64,000 nucleotides of DNA from a virus. The notes under the pieces were generated by a model. That model ran no database searches and had not been told where the DNA came from. It worked only from the letters and a program-made list of their open reading frames with translations. The stretch is from positions 1 to 64,000 of the IMG/VR virus record IMGVR_UViG_3300006147_000378. The stretch is one strand, 5' to 3'. The translations under genes and the position numbers were made by a program. Positions within the stretch are counted from its first letter, which is position 1, and the number at the start of each line of letters is the position of its first letter. Positions 54,234 through 63,990 of this stretch are shown piece after piece.

Positions 54234-54416
54234 ATGAAGATTGAACTGAACCCTGACAAAGAATATGTCAAGGAAATCAAAGACCAACTCAAGGCCAACT
54301 CTGGCTATTGCCCCTGCGTCCTCTACAAAAACGCTGATACCAAGTGTATGTGTAAGGAGTTCAGGGAGATGGACGAGGGTATGTGTCACTGTGGGCTTTA
54401 CATCAAAACGAAGTGA
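54234..54416 (+). CDS. ferredoxin-thioredoxin-reductase catalytic-subunit-like mini protein (CPC...CMC...CHC)
   Basis: CPCVLYKNADTKCMCKEF...CHCGLY spacing typical of FtrB. Confidence 0.5.
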   Translation: MKIELNPDKEYVKEIKDQLKANSGYCPCVLYKNADTKCMCKEFREMDEGMCHCGLYIKTK

Positions 54417-54425
54417 GGGAAATAA

Positions 54426-54974
54426 ATGCTCGTTGTAAATCTGTTCGGAGCCCCTGGTGCTGGTAAGTCAACCGGTGCCGCCTACATCTTCTCAAAGCTG
54501 AAGATGGCTGGTATCAACGCAGAACTCGTGACGGAGTTCGCCAAGGATAAGGTTTGGGAAGAGAGTAAGGCTGTCTTCCAGAATCAAGCATACATATTCG
54601 GCAAGCAGTATTTCCGCATCAGCCGAGTGCAGGGCAAAGTAGATGTGGTCATCACTGACTCACCAATCCTGCTGTCGAGCTTTTATGCAAACGATGATGT
54701 GCTGGGCAAGGAGTTTGACGCACTGATTATGAAGGTGTTCAACTCCTATGATTCCATGAACGTCTTCGTCAACCGGGTGAAACCATACAACCCCTCTGGT
54801 CGGTTCCAGACCGAGAGCGAGAGCGATGAGCTGGCCAATGTGATGCGCAAGTTCCTGGATGAGCATGGCGTTGTCTGTGAGCAGTACGACGGCTGTGTTG
54901 CCGGGTATGACGCTCTCGTAAACGCCATTCTGACAAGGGTAAAATGCCCCGGCAGAAGCTACGGGGCAGTGTAA
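54426..54974 (+). CDS. P-loop NTPase, putative (poly)nucleotide kinase (Pnk-kinase-like)
   Basis: Walker A GAPGAGKST; VVITDSP Walker-B-like. Confidence 0.55.
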   Translation: MLVVNLFGAPGAGKSTGAAYIFSKLKMAGINAELVTEFAKDKVWEESKAVFQNQAYIFGKQYFRISRVQGKVDVVITDSPILLSSFYANDDVLGKEFDALIMKVFNSYDSMNVFVNRVKPYNPSGRFQTESESDELANVMRKFLDEHGVVCEQYDGCVAGYDALVNAILTRVKCPGRSYGAV

Positions 54975-54986
54975 AAGGAGGATATT

Positions 54987-55229
54987 ATGGACAAGAAAAC
55001 CAAGACCACAAAGGTTACATACCACTTTGACGATGTGACAGAGAAAATGATTGGCAAAACCATCGTTGAGACAGAAGACTTGGTTGAGCCTATTGCTGAC
55101 GGCTATGATGTCGAGACTGGTGTTGAACTGGACGGCGTTATCGAACTGTCCCCTCTGGAAATCTTCCTGACAGCCGCCGCAGGCGCTCTGGTTGGCAACC
55201 TGCTTTACCGTGCAGCCCATAAGAATTGA
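54987..55229 (+). CDS. small hypothetical protein
   Basis: ORF. Confidence 0.4.
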   Translation: MDKKTKTTKVTYHFDDVTEKMIGKTIVETEDLVEPIADGYDVETGVELDGVIELSPLEIFLTAAAGALVGNLLYRAAHKN

Positions 55230-55441
55230 GGTGTGCCATGGTTAAGAGAACTATCAAGGAAACCGTTCGTGAATATGACACAGATGGTCGCCTGTTGAAG
55301 GAGACAGTCACCGAAACCTCCGAAGACGATGACACTGTCTATTACCCGTCATATGCACCAAACATCATCCCCGCCGTTTGGGGAACGGAGGTAACTTGCG
55401 ACACGCAGTACAAAGGAGGAACAGATGCAGAAGGTCGGTAA
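55226..55441 (+). CDS. small hypothetical protein
   Basis: ORF. Confidence 0.4.
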   Translation: MRCAMVKRTIKETVREYDTDGRLLKETVTETSEDDDTVYYPSYAPNIIPAVWGTEVTCDTQYKGGTDAEGR

Positions 55442-55934
55442 CTTTGAAAAGGTGAGCTTTGAGCAGTTTACCACAGCTATGAAAGAGGAATTTGGTATCG
55501 GTGAAACCGAGGCCAGGATGATGTATGACCTGATTGACCTGCCTGTGCGGGCCACGACAGGAAGCGCCGGGTACGACTTCAAGTCACCAGTCAGTATCAC
55601 TCTGGCACCTGGGGCATCTGCGAAGATTCCCACCGGTATCCGGGTAAAGATTGACGAGGGCTGGTGGCTGTGCTGTGCACCACGGAGTGGCCTGGGCTGT
55701 AAGTACCGTATGCAGTTGGACAACACCATCGGCGTGGTTGACAGCGACTACTACAACTCCGACAACGAGGGGCACATCTACGCCAAGATTACTAACGACA
55801 GCAGGGAGGGCAAAAACCTCGCTATTGGGGCCGGAGACCGCTTTATGCAGACCATCTTCATTCCCTACGGGATTACATACTCCGATGCTGCCGAGGGTGT
55901 CAGGAACGGCGGCTGGGGCTCCACAGGCTCTTGA
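55425..55934 (+). CDS. dut: dUTP diphosphatase (trimeric dUTPase)
   Basis: AGYDF, RSGLG, VVDSDY, GGWGSTG motifs. Confidence 0.85.
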   Translation: MQKVGNFEKVSFEQFTTAMKEEFGIGETEARMMYDLIDLPVRATTGSAGYDFKSPVSITLAPGASAKIPTGIRVKIDEGWWLCCAPRSGLGCKYRMQLDNTIGVVDSDYYNSDNEGHIYAKITNDSREGKNLAIGAGDRFMQTIFIPYGITYSDAAEGVRNGGWGSTGS

Positions 55935-55949
55935 TGGAGGATACATACA

Positions 55950-56123
55950 ATGAGTGATAACAAAAGATACGGGCTCGGCATCTGTGATGTGCTTGGAATT
56001 GTGTTCATCGTCTTGAAACTCCTGGGTGTCATCGACTGGAGCTGGTGGTGGGTGCTTGCACCTATCTGGATTCCTGTTGTTATTGTGTTGGTCTTGTATG
56101 GCGTCCTTGCCATCTGCAAATAG
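55950..56123 (+). CDS. small hydrophobic membrane protein (57 aa, Trp-rich TM)
   Basis: ATG after GGAGG; two predicted TM helices. Confidence 0.4.
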   Translation: MSDNKRYGLGICDVLGIVFIVLKLLGVIDWSWWWVLAPIWIPVVIVLVLYGVLAICK

Positions 56124-56138
56124 CTGACAGAAAGAAAA

Positions 56139-56181
56139 GGACGGGGCGAGTGTAAAAACTCGTCACCGTCCTATTTTTTTA
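56139..56181 (+). terminator. Rho-independent terminator (long GC hairpin + T7)
   Basis: GGACGG...CCGTCC stem, TTTTTTT. Confidence 0.7.
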
Positions 56182-56197
56182 CCCTCAAATAAAGAAG

Positions 56198-56380
56198 GTG
56201 GTCATTATACAAAAATACGCCCAAGAAACTATAAACGCCGTCTATGGCGGCGATGTCTATACCATAATCAACCTAACCCCCATCATACATAAAGACGACA
56301 GAGAGGAGCGGAAAGCTCAGATAGAGAAAACCCTGTATGCCGTCTTTAGTAAATACTCACAAAAGCCAAAGAAAAGGTAG
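56198..56380 (+). CDS. small hypothetical protein upstream of integrase
   Basis: ORF. Confidence 0.3.
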   Translation: MVIIQKYAQETINAVYGGDVYTIINLTPIIHKDDREERKAQIEKTLYAVFSKYSQKPKKR

Positions 56381-56386
56381 GTTGAC

Positions 56387-57901
56387 ATGGAAGATTTAAT
56401 CTATGCACGACAGTCAGTAGACAAAGAGGATAGTATTTCTATCGAAAGCCAGATAGAACTGTGTCTACGAGAAGTGGGCAACCGCCCACACAGGGTATTT
56501 AGAGACAAGGGATACAGCGGCAAAAACACAGAACGCCCAGACTTCCAAGACATGATGGCGGAGGTTCGCAGAGGTGGTGTCAGCCGCATCATCGTGTACC
56601 GGCTCGACCGTATCAGCCGGTCTGTTCTCGACTTCGCCAACGTTATCAGTGAGCTCCAGAAGTATGGGGTGGAGTTCGTATCCATCACAGAACGGTTCGA
56701 CACCTCGACCCCAATCGGCAAAGCCATGCTGATGATTGTCATGGTCTTCGCCCAGCTCGAACGTGAGACCATCCAGCAGCGTGTCATTGACGCATATCGC
56801 TCTCGCAGCAGGAAGGGATTCTACATGGGAGGTCGTGTTCCATACGGCTATGAGCTTGAGAACACGGTCATGGAAGGCATTAAGACCTGTATGTATAAGC
56901 CCATCCCGGAGCAAATTCAGGTCGTCCAGTTGATATTCTCGCTCTACTCCCGGCCACAGGTCTCCTTTTCCGATGTTATGAAGTACCTCAGCGAGAACGG
57001 CATCAAAAACCAAGCGGGCCAGAACTTCAGCAGGATGCGGATACGGGACATCATCATCAACCCAGCCTACGCCAAGGCAGACGCAGAACTGTATGAGTTC
57101 TTCCGCACTCAGGGGACAGAAATCATCAATGATATCTCACAGTTCATTGGGACAAACGGTGCTTATCTCTACACAGGAAGCAAAGCCACTAAGCGGAAGT
57201 CCATCTGCCTCGATGGTCAGGTGTTGGTACTCGCACCACATGAAGGCTGCATTGATTCAGACACATGGATTCGGTGCCGCCGAAAGTGCTTGAACGTGCG
57301 CCAGATTGCAAAGCCAGTGAAGGCCAGAAACACATGGTTGGCAGGGAAAATCAAGTGTATTGATTGCGGCCACGCTCTCTCGCTCAAATCTTACCCACGC
57401 AAGCGCACAGAGGATGCCAGATACTACATTTGCAATAGTAAGTATGTGTCAGCATCGTGCGACGGCGTTGGTGCGGTTCAGGCAGGCGATATTGAAGGCA
57501 TTGTGTTCGATGAGATGTCCAGAAAGCTGAGGGAGTTCAGCGAGCTGTCCTACACAGAGAAGCAAGGGGATACCGCCGAGCTTACCAAGCTCAAGATTCG
57601 CTTGGATGAAATCGAAAAAGAAATCGCCACACTCATAGACAAAATCGTGTCTGCGAGCGAAGCGACGATGGAGTATATCAACAAGCGTGTGGATGCGCTT
57701 GACGAGGAGAAAAAGGAGCTCCGTGAAAAGGTATCACAGATGTCCGCTGAAATGTATGATAGGAAGAACATTGGAACAATCAATGGGTACATGAACAACT
57801 GGGAGAGCGTCAGTATTGACGATAAATTATCAGTGGTTGATGCGCTAATTGAAAGTGTTCATGTTGGTCACGGCAAGGTACAGATATCCTGGAAAATCTG
57901 A
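56387..57901 (+). CDS. large serine recombinase (phage integrase)
   Basis: resolvase catalytic domain YARQS...VYRLDRISRS; recombinase and zinc-ribbon/coiled-coil C-terminus. Confidence 0.85.
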   Translation: MEDLIYARQSVDKEDSISIESQIELCLREVGNRPHRVFRDKGYSGKNTERPDFQDMMAEVRRGGVSRIIVYRLDRISRSVLDFANVISELQKYGVEFVSITERFDTSTPIGKAMLMIVMVFAQLERETIQQRVIDAYRSRSRKGFYMGGRVPYGYELENTVMEGIKTCMYKPIPEQIQVVQLIFSLYSRPQVSFSDVMKYLSENGIKNQAGQNFSRMRIRDIIINPAYAKADAELYEFFRTQGTEIINDISQFIGTNGAYLYTGSKATKRKSICLDGQVLVLAPHEGCIDSDTWIRCRRKCLNVRQIAKPVKARNTWLAGKIKCIDCGHALSLKSYPRKRTEDARYYICNSKYVSASCDGVGAVQAGDIEGIVFDEMSRKLREFSELSYTEKQGDTAELTKLKIRLDEIEKEIATLIDKIVSASEATMEYINKRVDALDEEKKELREKVSQMSAEMYDRKNIGTINGYMNNWESVSIDDKLSVVDALIESVHVGHGKVQISWKI

Positions 57902-57956
57902 CGTGGTAGTCTGATTGTTTTGGTTTAGCATGACAATCATCATACAACGTCTTTTC

Positions 57957-57986
57957 AGCCTTGGGAAACTGATACAACCCAAGGCC
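57957..57986. other. 8-bp perfect inverted repeat GCCTTGGG-(14 nt)-CCCAAGGC; candidate attP core
   Basis: palindrome 55 nt downstream of integrase stop. Confidence 0.3.
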
Positions 57987-58080
57987 AATACATAACAATG
58001 TTCATTTACAAGAGCGCTGATATATGCTATAATTGCATCAACGATGTTGTAAGCGAACATTTGAGAAATAGGAGAAAGAT

Positions 58081-58782
58081 ATGAAGACAACGAACATCGA
58101 CAAGGTTAGAGACCTCGCTATCACCTTTGCTTACCTTCCAATAGAGCCAAATGAAAAGATACCATTCATTGTATCTCATCCGTTCCTTGATACGTCTGTC
58201 ACTGCTATACAGGGTGAGAGCGGTTTAGAAATGATAAATGTATTAGAGGGCGATGGTGAGGATAAGTTTCGGGCCTCCATTGTAGACCGCCTAAAGAAGA
58301 TAGACACACTTACCGGCTTCCTTCTCCTGTTAAGCAAGTCCTACCGTTTCACATTCCTTGACCACATCAAGAGCTATCTAAGCGACGACGACCTTGGTGC
58401 GTGCCTGCGCTACATCTGGGAAAACAGCGAGTACACAAACAGCGGCTCCGTTTTCACGAAGAAACAGCTTCTCAGTTTGTTCAAGCGCAGCACAAAAGAG
58501 AAGCTAATGGACGAAGATGAACTTCCGGTCTTCAATGACCTTCCTGACCGCATCACAGTTTACCGTGGCACCACCTCTGTGAATAGCAAAGATATCAAGG
58601 TCTTCTCATGGACGTTATCCAAAAAGAGGGCAGAATGGTACTCTAAGCGATTTGATGACAGTGTTCAAAACGTGTTCCAGGCAGAGTTACCAAAGGACGG
58701 CGTCCTTGCCTACTTCTCCGCCGACGATGAGATTGTCGCAGACCCATTCAAGCTGGAAAACATCCAAAACATAAGTGCATAA
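58081..58782 (+). CDS. hypothetical protein
   Basis: ORF. Confidence 0.5.
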   Translation: MKTTNIDKVRDLAITFAYLPIEPNEKIPFIVSHPFLDTSVTAIQGESGLEMINVLEGDGEDKFRASIVDRLKKIDTLTGFLLLLSKSYRFTFLDHIKSYLSDDDLGACLRYIWENSEYTNSGSVFTKKQLLSLFKRSTKEKLMDEDELPVFNDLPDRITVYRGTTSVNSKDIKVFSWTLSKKRAEWYSKRFDDSVQNVFQAELPKDGVLAYFSADDEIVADPFKLENIQNISA

Positions 58783-58835
58783 CGCAAAAAGAAGGAGAGC
58801 TACCTGCAATCGCAAGTAACTCTCCTATTTTTGTT

Positions 58836-59390
58836 TTACGCAAAATCGTGTTTCTCCATGCGCTCGTCATAAACCCGCTTGATGTTCATGATTGCGCGAA
58901 CAGCCCGATTGTTTGGATACTCAGGGTGTTCCTCACAGTATCTCTCATAGCAGTCGATATTGTAGAGAACCTCGTTAAAGTGCTCCTCCGTGTGTTGACG
59001 GTTGGCAATCAACTCCTCATTAAACCGCAGGATGCTGGCTCGGTGCATATCGGCATTTCGCTCGTCATCGATACGGATATGGGTTCCAAGGCGCTCCTTT
59101 GTCTCGGTTTGTGCCTCCTCAATCTTATCAAGACGCTCCTTTGCTTCTGCTTGAGCGGACTCTATCTGGTCGAGCCTCTTCTGTGTTTCAATCTGGGTCG
59201 CTTCTATCCTGTCCAGCCGCTCAATCACATCGCCGTTAAACGCCTTGCCCACAGCCTTCCAAATGGCCTTAATTACTTTACCGATGGCAGACCACGGGTT
59301 TACCTTGATGGGTGCAATCTGCACCAGTGTCATCAGGATAACCAGCGCCCCGCCGCCATTTACAAGGATTTCCTGAACGCTCACAGTCAC
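58836..59390 (-). CDS. membrane-anchored coiled-coil protein with repeated RLDxIExxQxE units (lysis-cassette associated)
   Basis: N-terminal TM; repeats seen directly. Confidence 0.5.
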   Translation of the reverse strand: MTVSVQEILVNGGGALVILMTLVQIAPIKVNPWSAIGKVIKAIWKAVGKAFNGDVIERLDRIEATQIETQKRLDQIESAQAEAKERLDKIEEAQTETKERLGTHIRIDDERNADMHRASILRFNEELIANRQHTEEHFNEVLYNIDCYERYCEEHPEYPNNRAVRAIMNIKRVYDERMEKHDFA

Positions 59391-59719
59391 TCACCTGCCT
59401 TCTCCGTTTCAGTAGGTGCGTTGACCTTCTTGCTCATCTTGCACAGGTCATCGATGAGCTTACTGATTTCCTCCATGTTGATGTCGTAATCAACAGTGTC
59501 GGCAGAAGCCTTGACCATGGCGAGAACCCATTCCTTACGGTCGGCACCGTTGTCGAACTTTTCCTCGGCAGTAGCCATGTACTTCATAACCATGTCAAGA
59601 ACCTTGCCCCAGTTCTTCTCCTTCACGGCCTTCTTGACATACTCCACCAGCTTAATTGCCAGAGGAATAGCGGTAATCAGACCGGCTACGATTGACGCAA
59701 TCAGTTGCAGCCACTCCAT
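59387..59719 (-). CDS. holin-like small membrane protein
   Basis: N-terminal TM, charged C-terminus, adjacent to endolysin. Confidence 0.5.
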   Translation of the reverse strand: MEWLQLIASIVAGLITAIPLAIKLVEYVKKAVKEKNWGKVLDMVMKYMATAEEKFDNGADRKEWVLAMVKASADTVDYDINMEEISKLIDDLCKMSKKVNAPTETEKAGE

Positions 59720-59733
59720 ATTTATACCTCCTC

Positions 59734-60093
59734 TCAGATTGCGGGGCTATCCTCTACCACCGCATCCGTTTGTGTAAATCCAGCCGCTTTTGCAGCAGCA
59801 TACTTGATTCCCTCGCCGTCAGCGCCAGTATTTTCAGCTTCACTCTTGCGGACAATGCTGTTCAGCACGATGCCGATAGCTGTTCCGATTGGCGTGAACA
59901 CCACAGTGAAGCAAGCGAGTGCGCCCATATACTGGTACTCAATGCTCCTCCATGCGAGGATGAATCCGCCCGCCAGACCCAGCAGCAGAAGCAATATGAG
60001 GAGCAGGGCAAAGAGGTTGGTAAACCCAATGCCCCGACGCTTCTTTGTACGCCGCCGGGTCTTCTTACGGCCACGCTCAATCTTGATGGTCAT
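59734..60093 (-). CDS. membrane protein, second holin-like component
   Basis: basic N-terminus, two TM segments. Confidence 0.45.
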   Translation of the reverse strand: MTIKIERGRKKTRRRTKKRRGIGFTNLFALLLILLLLLGLAGGFILAWRSIEYQYMGALACFTVVFTPIGTAIGIVLNSIVRKSEAENTGADGEGIKYAAAKAAGFTQTDAVVEDSPAI

Positions 60094-60096
60094 GGC

Positions 60097-61560
60097 TTAG
60101 ACCATCCCCATCAGTTTTGCAAAGCGGTGCAGCACAGCGACAAACTGTTCACGGGTGAGAACATCTGCCCACATATAGTTGGGCTCGCCGTTGATTTCTG
60201 TGCCGTTACCAGCAATCAGGCCAGTAGCGGTCGCCCAGTTACGAGCCTCCTCGCTCCACTTGCTGCTGTCATTGTCTTGAAGCTCTTTGCGCATCTCATT
60301 GTAGAGCTGCTTAAAACGTACCACATCCATGTCGTCATCCTCCTCCTTATTGTTGTTTACCCCCGCAAGCAAAGCGGAGACATCATTACGAACTGTCTGC
60401 ATACTCTTGCCATACTTCGGAAGCCAATGCAGCACATCGCCATGGTTGGAGCCAAGACCGAGCTGATAGCTATCCTGATGGCACAGGATAACAGGCACCT
60501 TCACGCCGTTATATGCAACCGTACCTTGCGGGTCGAGGTTGTAGAGCTTGCACAGATACGCAGTAAGTTCAACGGCCTCACGGTAGACCTTCTCGAAGTA
60601 AACTGGGTCGCCCAGATTGTCCTCACAGATTTCAAACTGAATCCACCCGTTGTTGCAGGAGCCCTTCTTGCCAGAGCCACAACCCCAAGCCTTTTTGTCC
60701 CAATCGCCAGCCTGCACAGTGGTTACTTCACCACTGGCGAGCTTACCGATAAAAGCATGGACACCGGCTTTGAGCGGAACCCACTGACCTTTGACCCATT
60801 GACCCTCACGGTTCCAGTCATTGCTGTTTTTGTTCACACCGAGCAGCTCCAACAACCTTGCCCTGTCCGCTGCGGTGTCATCAGGCTGGACATAGCGTTT
60901 CAGACTTGGGTTGTTAGCTCCGGTGGAGTGCCACAGCACACCACGCACAGGAACCTTACCAGTGCTCTTATACCAGGAACTCTGGCGCATAAAGCACTTC
61001 ATGGGCGGGTTTGCAGAAGTATATTTCATCGAACCGCTCTCTCCTTTCTCCACCGCTGCTGCGGCGAATTTGTCGTAATATCCCTGGGCATACCCGGCAC
61101 GCTTATCCTGTGTTGCCTTAGTATCCTTGCTGGCAGGCCGCTCGAATTGGAGCAGAACAATGTCGGACGCCTCACGCACAGACGTAGTGCTGAAAAGCAC
61201 TCCCAGGACGCTCTTGAAGCTCTCTGAGAGCTCTTTCATCAGGAACTTGAGCTGGGTATCAAGGTCACCAATGGACGCTCCTACGGCCTTACAGAAGGCG
61301 TAGAGAGCCTGTTTTCTCGTCCAGTACGTCCACTGTGCCAAGCCATAGCCAGCAGAGTCCTTGACGAAGTTGGTATACTTGCCGCTATCTACAGCGGCGG
61401 TGTAAGTTTCGTCTGTGTAGCCAAGTTTCTTTTCATATGTGTTCTGGAGATTCTTCGGATTGAGCCCACTCTCGGCGAACAGGTTGCCCATCAGGCCAGC
61501 GGCACCAGCGTCAGTCATGCCCTGGGACTTCAAAAACCTCCAGATAGCAGCTTCATTCAC
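60097..61560 (-). CDS. endolysin / multidomain peptidoglycan hydrolase
   Basis: AGLMGNLFAESGLNP motif and amidase-like central region. Confidence 0.65.
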   Translation of the reverse strand: MNEAAIWRFLKSQGMTDAGAAGLMGNLFAESGLNPKNLQNTYEKKLGYTDETYTAAVDSGKYTNFVKDSAGYGLAQWTYWTRKQALYAFCKAVGASIGDLDTQLKFLMKELSESFKSVLGVLFSTTSVREASDIVLLQFERPASKDTKATQDKRAGYAQGYYDKFAAAAVEKGESGSMKYTSANPPMKCFMRQSSWYKSTGKVPVRGVLWHSTGANNPSLKRYVQPDDTAADRARLLELLGVNKNSNDWNREGQWVKGQWVPLKAGVHAFIGKLASGEVTTVQAGDWDKKAWGCGSGKKGSCNNGWIQFEICEDNLGDPVYFEKVYREAVELTAYLCKLYNLDPQGTVAYNGVKVPVILCHQDSYQLGLGSNHGDVLHWLPKYGKSMQTVRNDVSALLAGVNNNKEEDDDMDVVRFKQLYNEMRKELQDNDSSKWSEEARNWATATGLIAGNGTEINGEPNYMWADVLTREQFVAVLHRFAKLMGMV

Positions 61561-61661
61561 GAAACCACCTCCTATAAAACATCAATTTCATAGCCGGATA
61601 TACAGAATGGGAGCTCACCATGCGGTGGCTCCCATTTCTTTTATCCATATTCCGGCTCAAT

Positions 61662-62126
61662 TTAGGAACGAGTTCTCCAGAGTGTGTAGTGCGGTCTTTC
61701 GCCGCCCTCTACTCCATACCGCATCCAGTCCAACATCACGATGCCGACTGCCGCCAGTACCATCCACATGATAAGGAACTGTGGACAAATCTGCCCCATG
61801 ATGTTCCCAGCCATGCCAGAGTAGTCCCACACGCCCATGCCGAGCCATACATTTATGATAAGCCCAGCTACGAACTCAACTGCTGTGATAGCCACGCCGC
61901 AGATAGCAGACTGTGCCATCAGCGGCATATCCCATGGCAACTCAGCACCGAACCGTTCCAGCGGTACGGCCAGGATGATAGCCAGCAAAAGCATTGTCCA
62001 GCTAATCATCTCCTGCCTTCCGTGTGAAGTCTTCCATACGACCTCGATAAAGAAGTAGAGCGTACCAGTCCAAACCCACAGGAGGACGCTCAAGAGCCAC
62101 TTGCTGATTCGTGTTCTGCCATACAT
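61662..62126 (-). CDS. multi-pass membrane protein
   Basis: 4 hydrophobic segments. Confidence 0.5.
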   Translation of the reverse strand: MYGRTRISKWLLSVLLWVWTGTLYFFIEVVWKTSHGRQEMISWTMLLLAIILAVPLERFGAELPWDMPLMAQSAICGVAITAVEFVAGLIINVWLGMGVWDYSGMAGNIMGQICPQFLIMWMVLAAVGIVMLDWMRYGVEGGERPHYTLWRTRS

Positions 62127-62142
62127 GACCCGACACCTCTTT

Positions 62143-62382
62143 TCAATCTGTCACAATGCAATCGAAGAAACAGGCGCCCCAGTGGAAACGCCCGTCCTCT
62201 AAACAACAGCACACCCCTTCGTCTTCCTCAATGGTGGCCGATATAGTGCCTACCTCGTGAATTGTCACGACCTGCCCAAGATACTCGCACATATATCTGT
62301 TGTAGCCGAAACCTGGGTCAGTCGGCCATTGGTCAATGACCTTCACCTTCATCCCAGGGTGCAGCATCTTGATATCTACCAT
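62143..62382 (-). CDS. small hypothetical protein
   Basis: ORF. Confidence 0.4.
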   Translation of the reverse strand: MVDIKMLHPGMKVKVIDQWPTDPGFGYNRYMCEYLGQVVTIHEVGTISATIEEDEGVCCCLEDGRFHWGACFFDCIVTD

Positions 62383-62388
62383 AGCTCC

Positions 62389-62958
62389 TTAACCGTTCAG
62401 ACGGGCCACAATGGCCTCCATCTGTGCCTGGGCGACGGCCAGCTTCTCGTTCATCTCAGTGGTGAACTTCTTCGGCAGATTCATGCCGTAAGTCACGGCG
62501 GAAATCTTCTCCACATCAGTCAGGGACTGCACATACGCTTTCAGAGCGTTGTGGTAGGTCGTCTGTGATGTGATGGTGGTTTGAGCCGTGATGTAGATTT
62601 GGGCGATTTCCTGGGCGGTGTAGATGCGGCACTTGCCGCCGTCAGCCTGATAGGGAAACTCGGTGCCGCCCAGCTCCACCACACGGAACAGGTTAGCAAT
62701 GTTGCTCTGGTCTTCGATGCTCAGATTGAAGTGTTCGGTTTCCTCGCCCAGCGTGATGTCAAACCCGGCCACGATGACAGCATTACAGGTGGCGGAGATT
62801 TCAGCGATTTTTGCGCCACGGATGACCTCAGTGGCGTTGTCCTCTCCGATGATACCGACCACATCCTCCACGGTCACCCAGCCCTTGGCAACTGCGGCCA
62901 GGAGCTTGGCGGGGGTGAGCTCGCCGCTCTCATACAGATTCTTCAGTCTTTCTTTCAT
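62389..62958 (-). CDS. hypothetical protein (tail-end module)
   Basis: ORF. Confidence 0.5.
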   Translation of the reverse strand: MKERLKNLYESGELTPAKLLAAVAKGWVTVEDVVGIIGEDNATEVIRGAKIAEISATCNAVIVAGFDITLGEETEHFNLSIEDQSNIANLFRVVELGGTEFPYQADGGKCRIYTAQEIAQIYITAQTTITSQTTYHNALKAYVQSLTDVEKISAVTYGMNLPKKFTTEMNEKLAVAQAQMEAIVARLNG

Positions 62959-62961
62959 TTT

Positions 62962-63234
62962 TTAGCCCTCCAATGCACTGATGAGCAGCCCATCAATAAT
63001 GCGCTGTTGTTCGGCGACCAGCGCTCCACCGTCAAACTCGGAGACAACAACCGTGTCCGCACCTTCGATTTCCTCGTGACCGAGCAGGTTGTAGGCCACC
63101 CCGTTCAGAGCAACGCCAATGGCCTCATCCTCTGGTGCTGGGTGGAAATCACCGCTTGCACCAATGTTGATGTAGGTCACCTTGTCAACGGCACCCAGAT
63201 TAGCACCGCTGTTGATATTGGTGATTCGATACAT
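62962..63234 (-). CDS. small hypothetical protein (tail-end module)
   Basis: ORF. Confidence 0.45.
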   Translation of the reverse strand: MYRITNINSGANLGAVDKVTYINIGASGDFHPAPEDEAIGVALNGVAYNLLGHEEIEGADTVVVSEFDGGALVAEQQRIIDGLLISALEG

Positions 63235-63635
63235 TACTTGACCTCCTTTGCGCCAACAAGTTCTGCGATGTGTTTCAGCACATCAATATCAGCATTAAAA
63301 AATGCTTGGTTCCAAAACCACCTGTCATCGTAGTCAGCACGCTTGTACGGCTGGCAGGCTGGGTCGTTCCACACCCTGTCCCAACGTTCCTGGTACTGCT
63401 CGTCATGGCGTTCAAGCGTTTTGGTGATGGCCTGTGTCAACTTGCCACGCTCCATACCATACCCATCGTCGTTCCGAGCAAAGAACTGGTTGGCTGTCTC
63501 ACATTCCTCATAGCACACAATGCCGTTGTTGTAGATGATGATGCCGCCCTCGCACTCCACCTCGGTCATGGCCGGGATATTGACGGGGCCGCAGATGACG
63601 TTTTTCTTTAAGCGTCTATGCGCAATGTACTTCAT
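63234..63635 (-). CDS. hypothetical protein
   Basis: ORF. Confidence 0.45.
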   Translation of the reverse strand: MKYIAHRRLKKNVICGPVNIPAMTEVECEGGIIIYNNGIVCYEECETANQFFARNDDGYGMERGKLTQAITKTLERHDEQYQERWDRVWNDPACQPYKRADYDDRWFWNQAFFNADIDVLKHIAELVGAKEVK

Positions 63636-63990
63636 TTTCTGTTCCTCTCATTCTAAAATTTTCAATCTTCTCAGGGGAAAACCCGAAGATTGCATAAAAA
63701 AGCCTGCGAAGACGCAGGACACGCTTGTGGTCGTTATAGCACCCGAAGTATGCGAGCATACCATTCACAGAAGTCCACAAATCTTCATATGACATTCCGC
63801 CTTCTGCAATCTTTTTGTGGAAGGCTTTTATTTTTCTCCGTGCCCGTTTCATTCCGTCACGGTTCCCGTTGACAACCACCTTTCCGGTTTCTGTCAGGGT
63901 ATACTTAGCCTTACAGTAACGGAACGACTTGGTCAGCGGAACGATGCGGGATTTTGATTTACTGATAGTCAGCTTCAAACTCTCCGCCAT
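63616..63990 (-). CDS. C-terminal fragment of a reverse-transcriptase-like protein (thumb/X-domain-like), gene continues beyond window end
   Basis: VNGMLAYFGCYN resembles LNPxxRGWxNYY thumb/maturase motif; N-terminus outside window. Confidence 0.35.
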   Translation of the reverse strand: MAESLKLTISKSKSRIVPLTKSFRYCKAKYTLTETGKVVVNGNRDGMKRARRKIKAFHKKIAEGGMSYEDLWTSVNGMLAYFGCYNDHKRVLRLRRLFYAIFGFSPEKIENFRMRGTENEVHCA

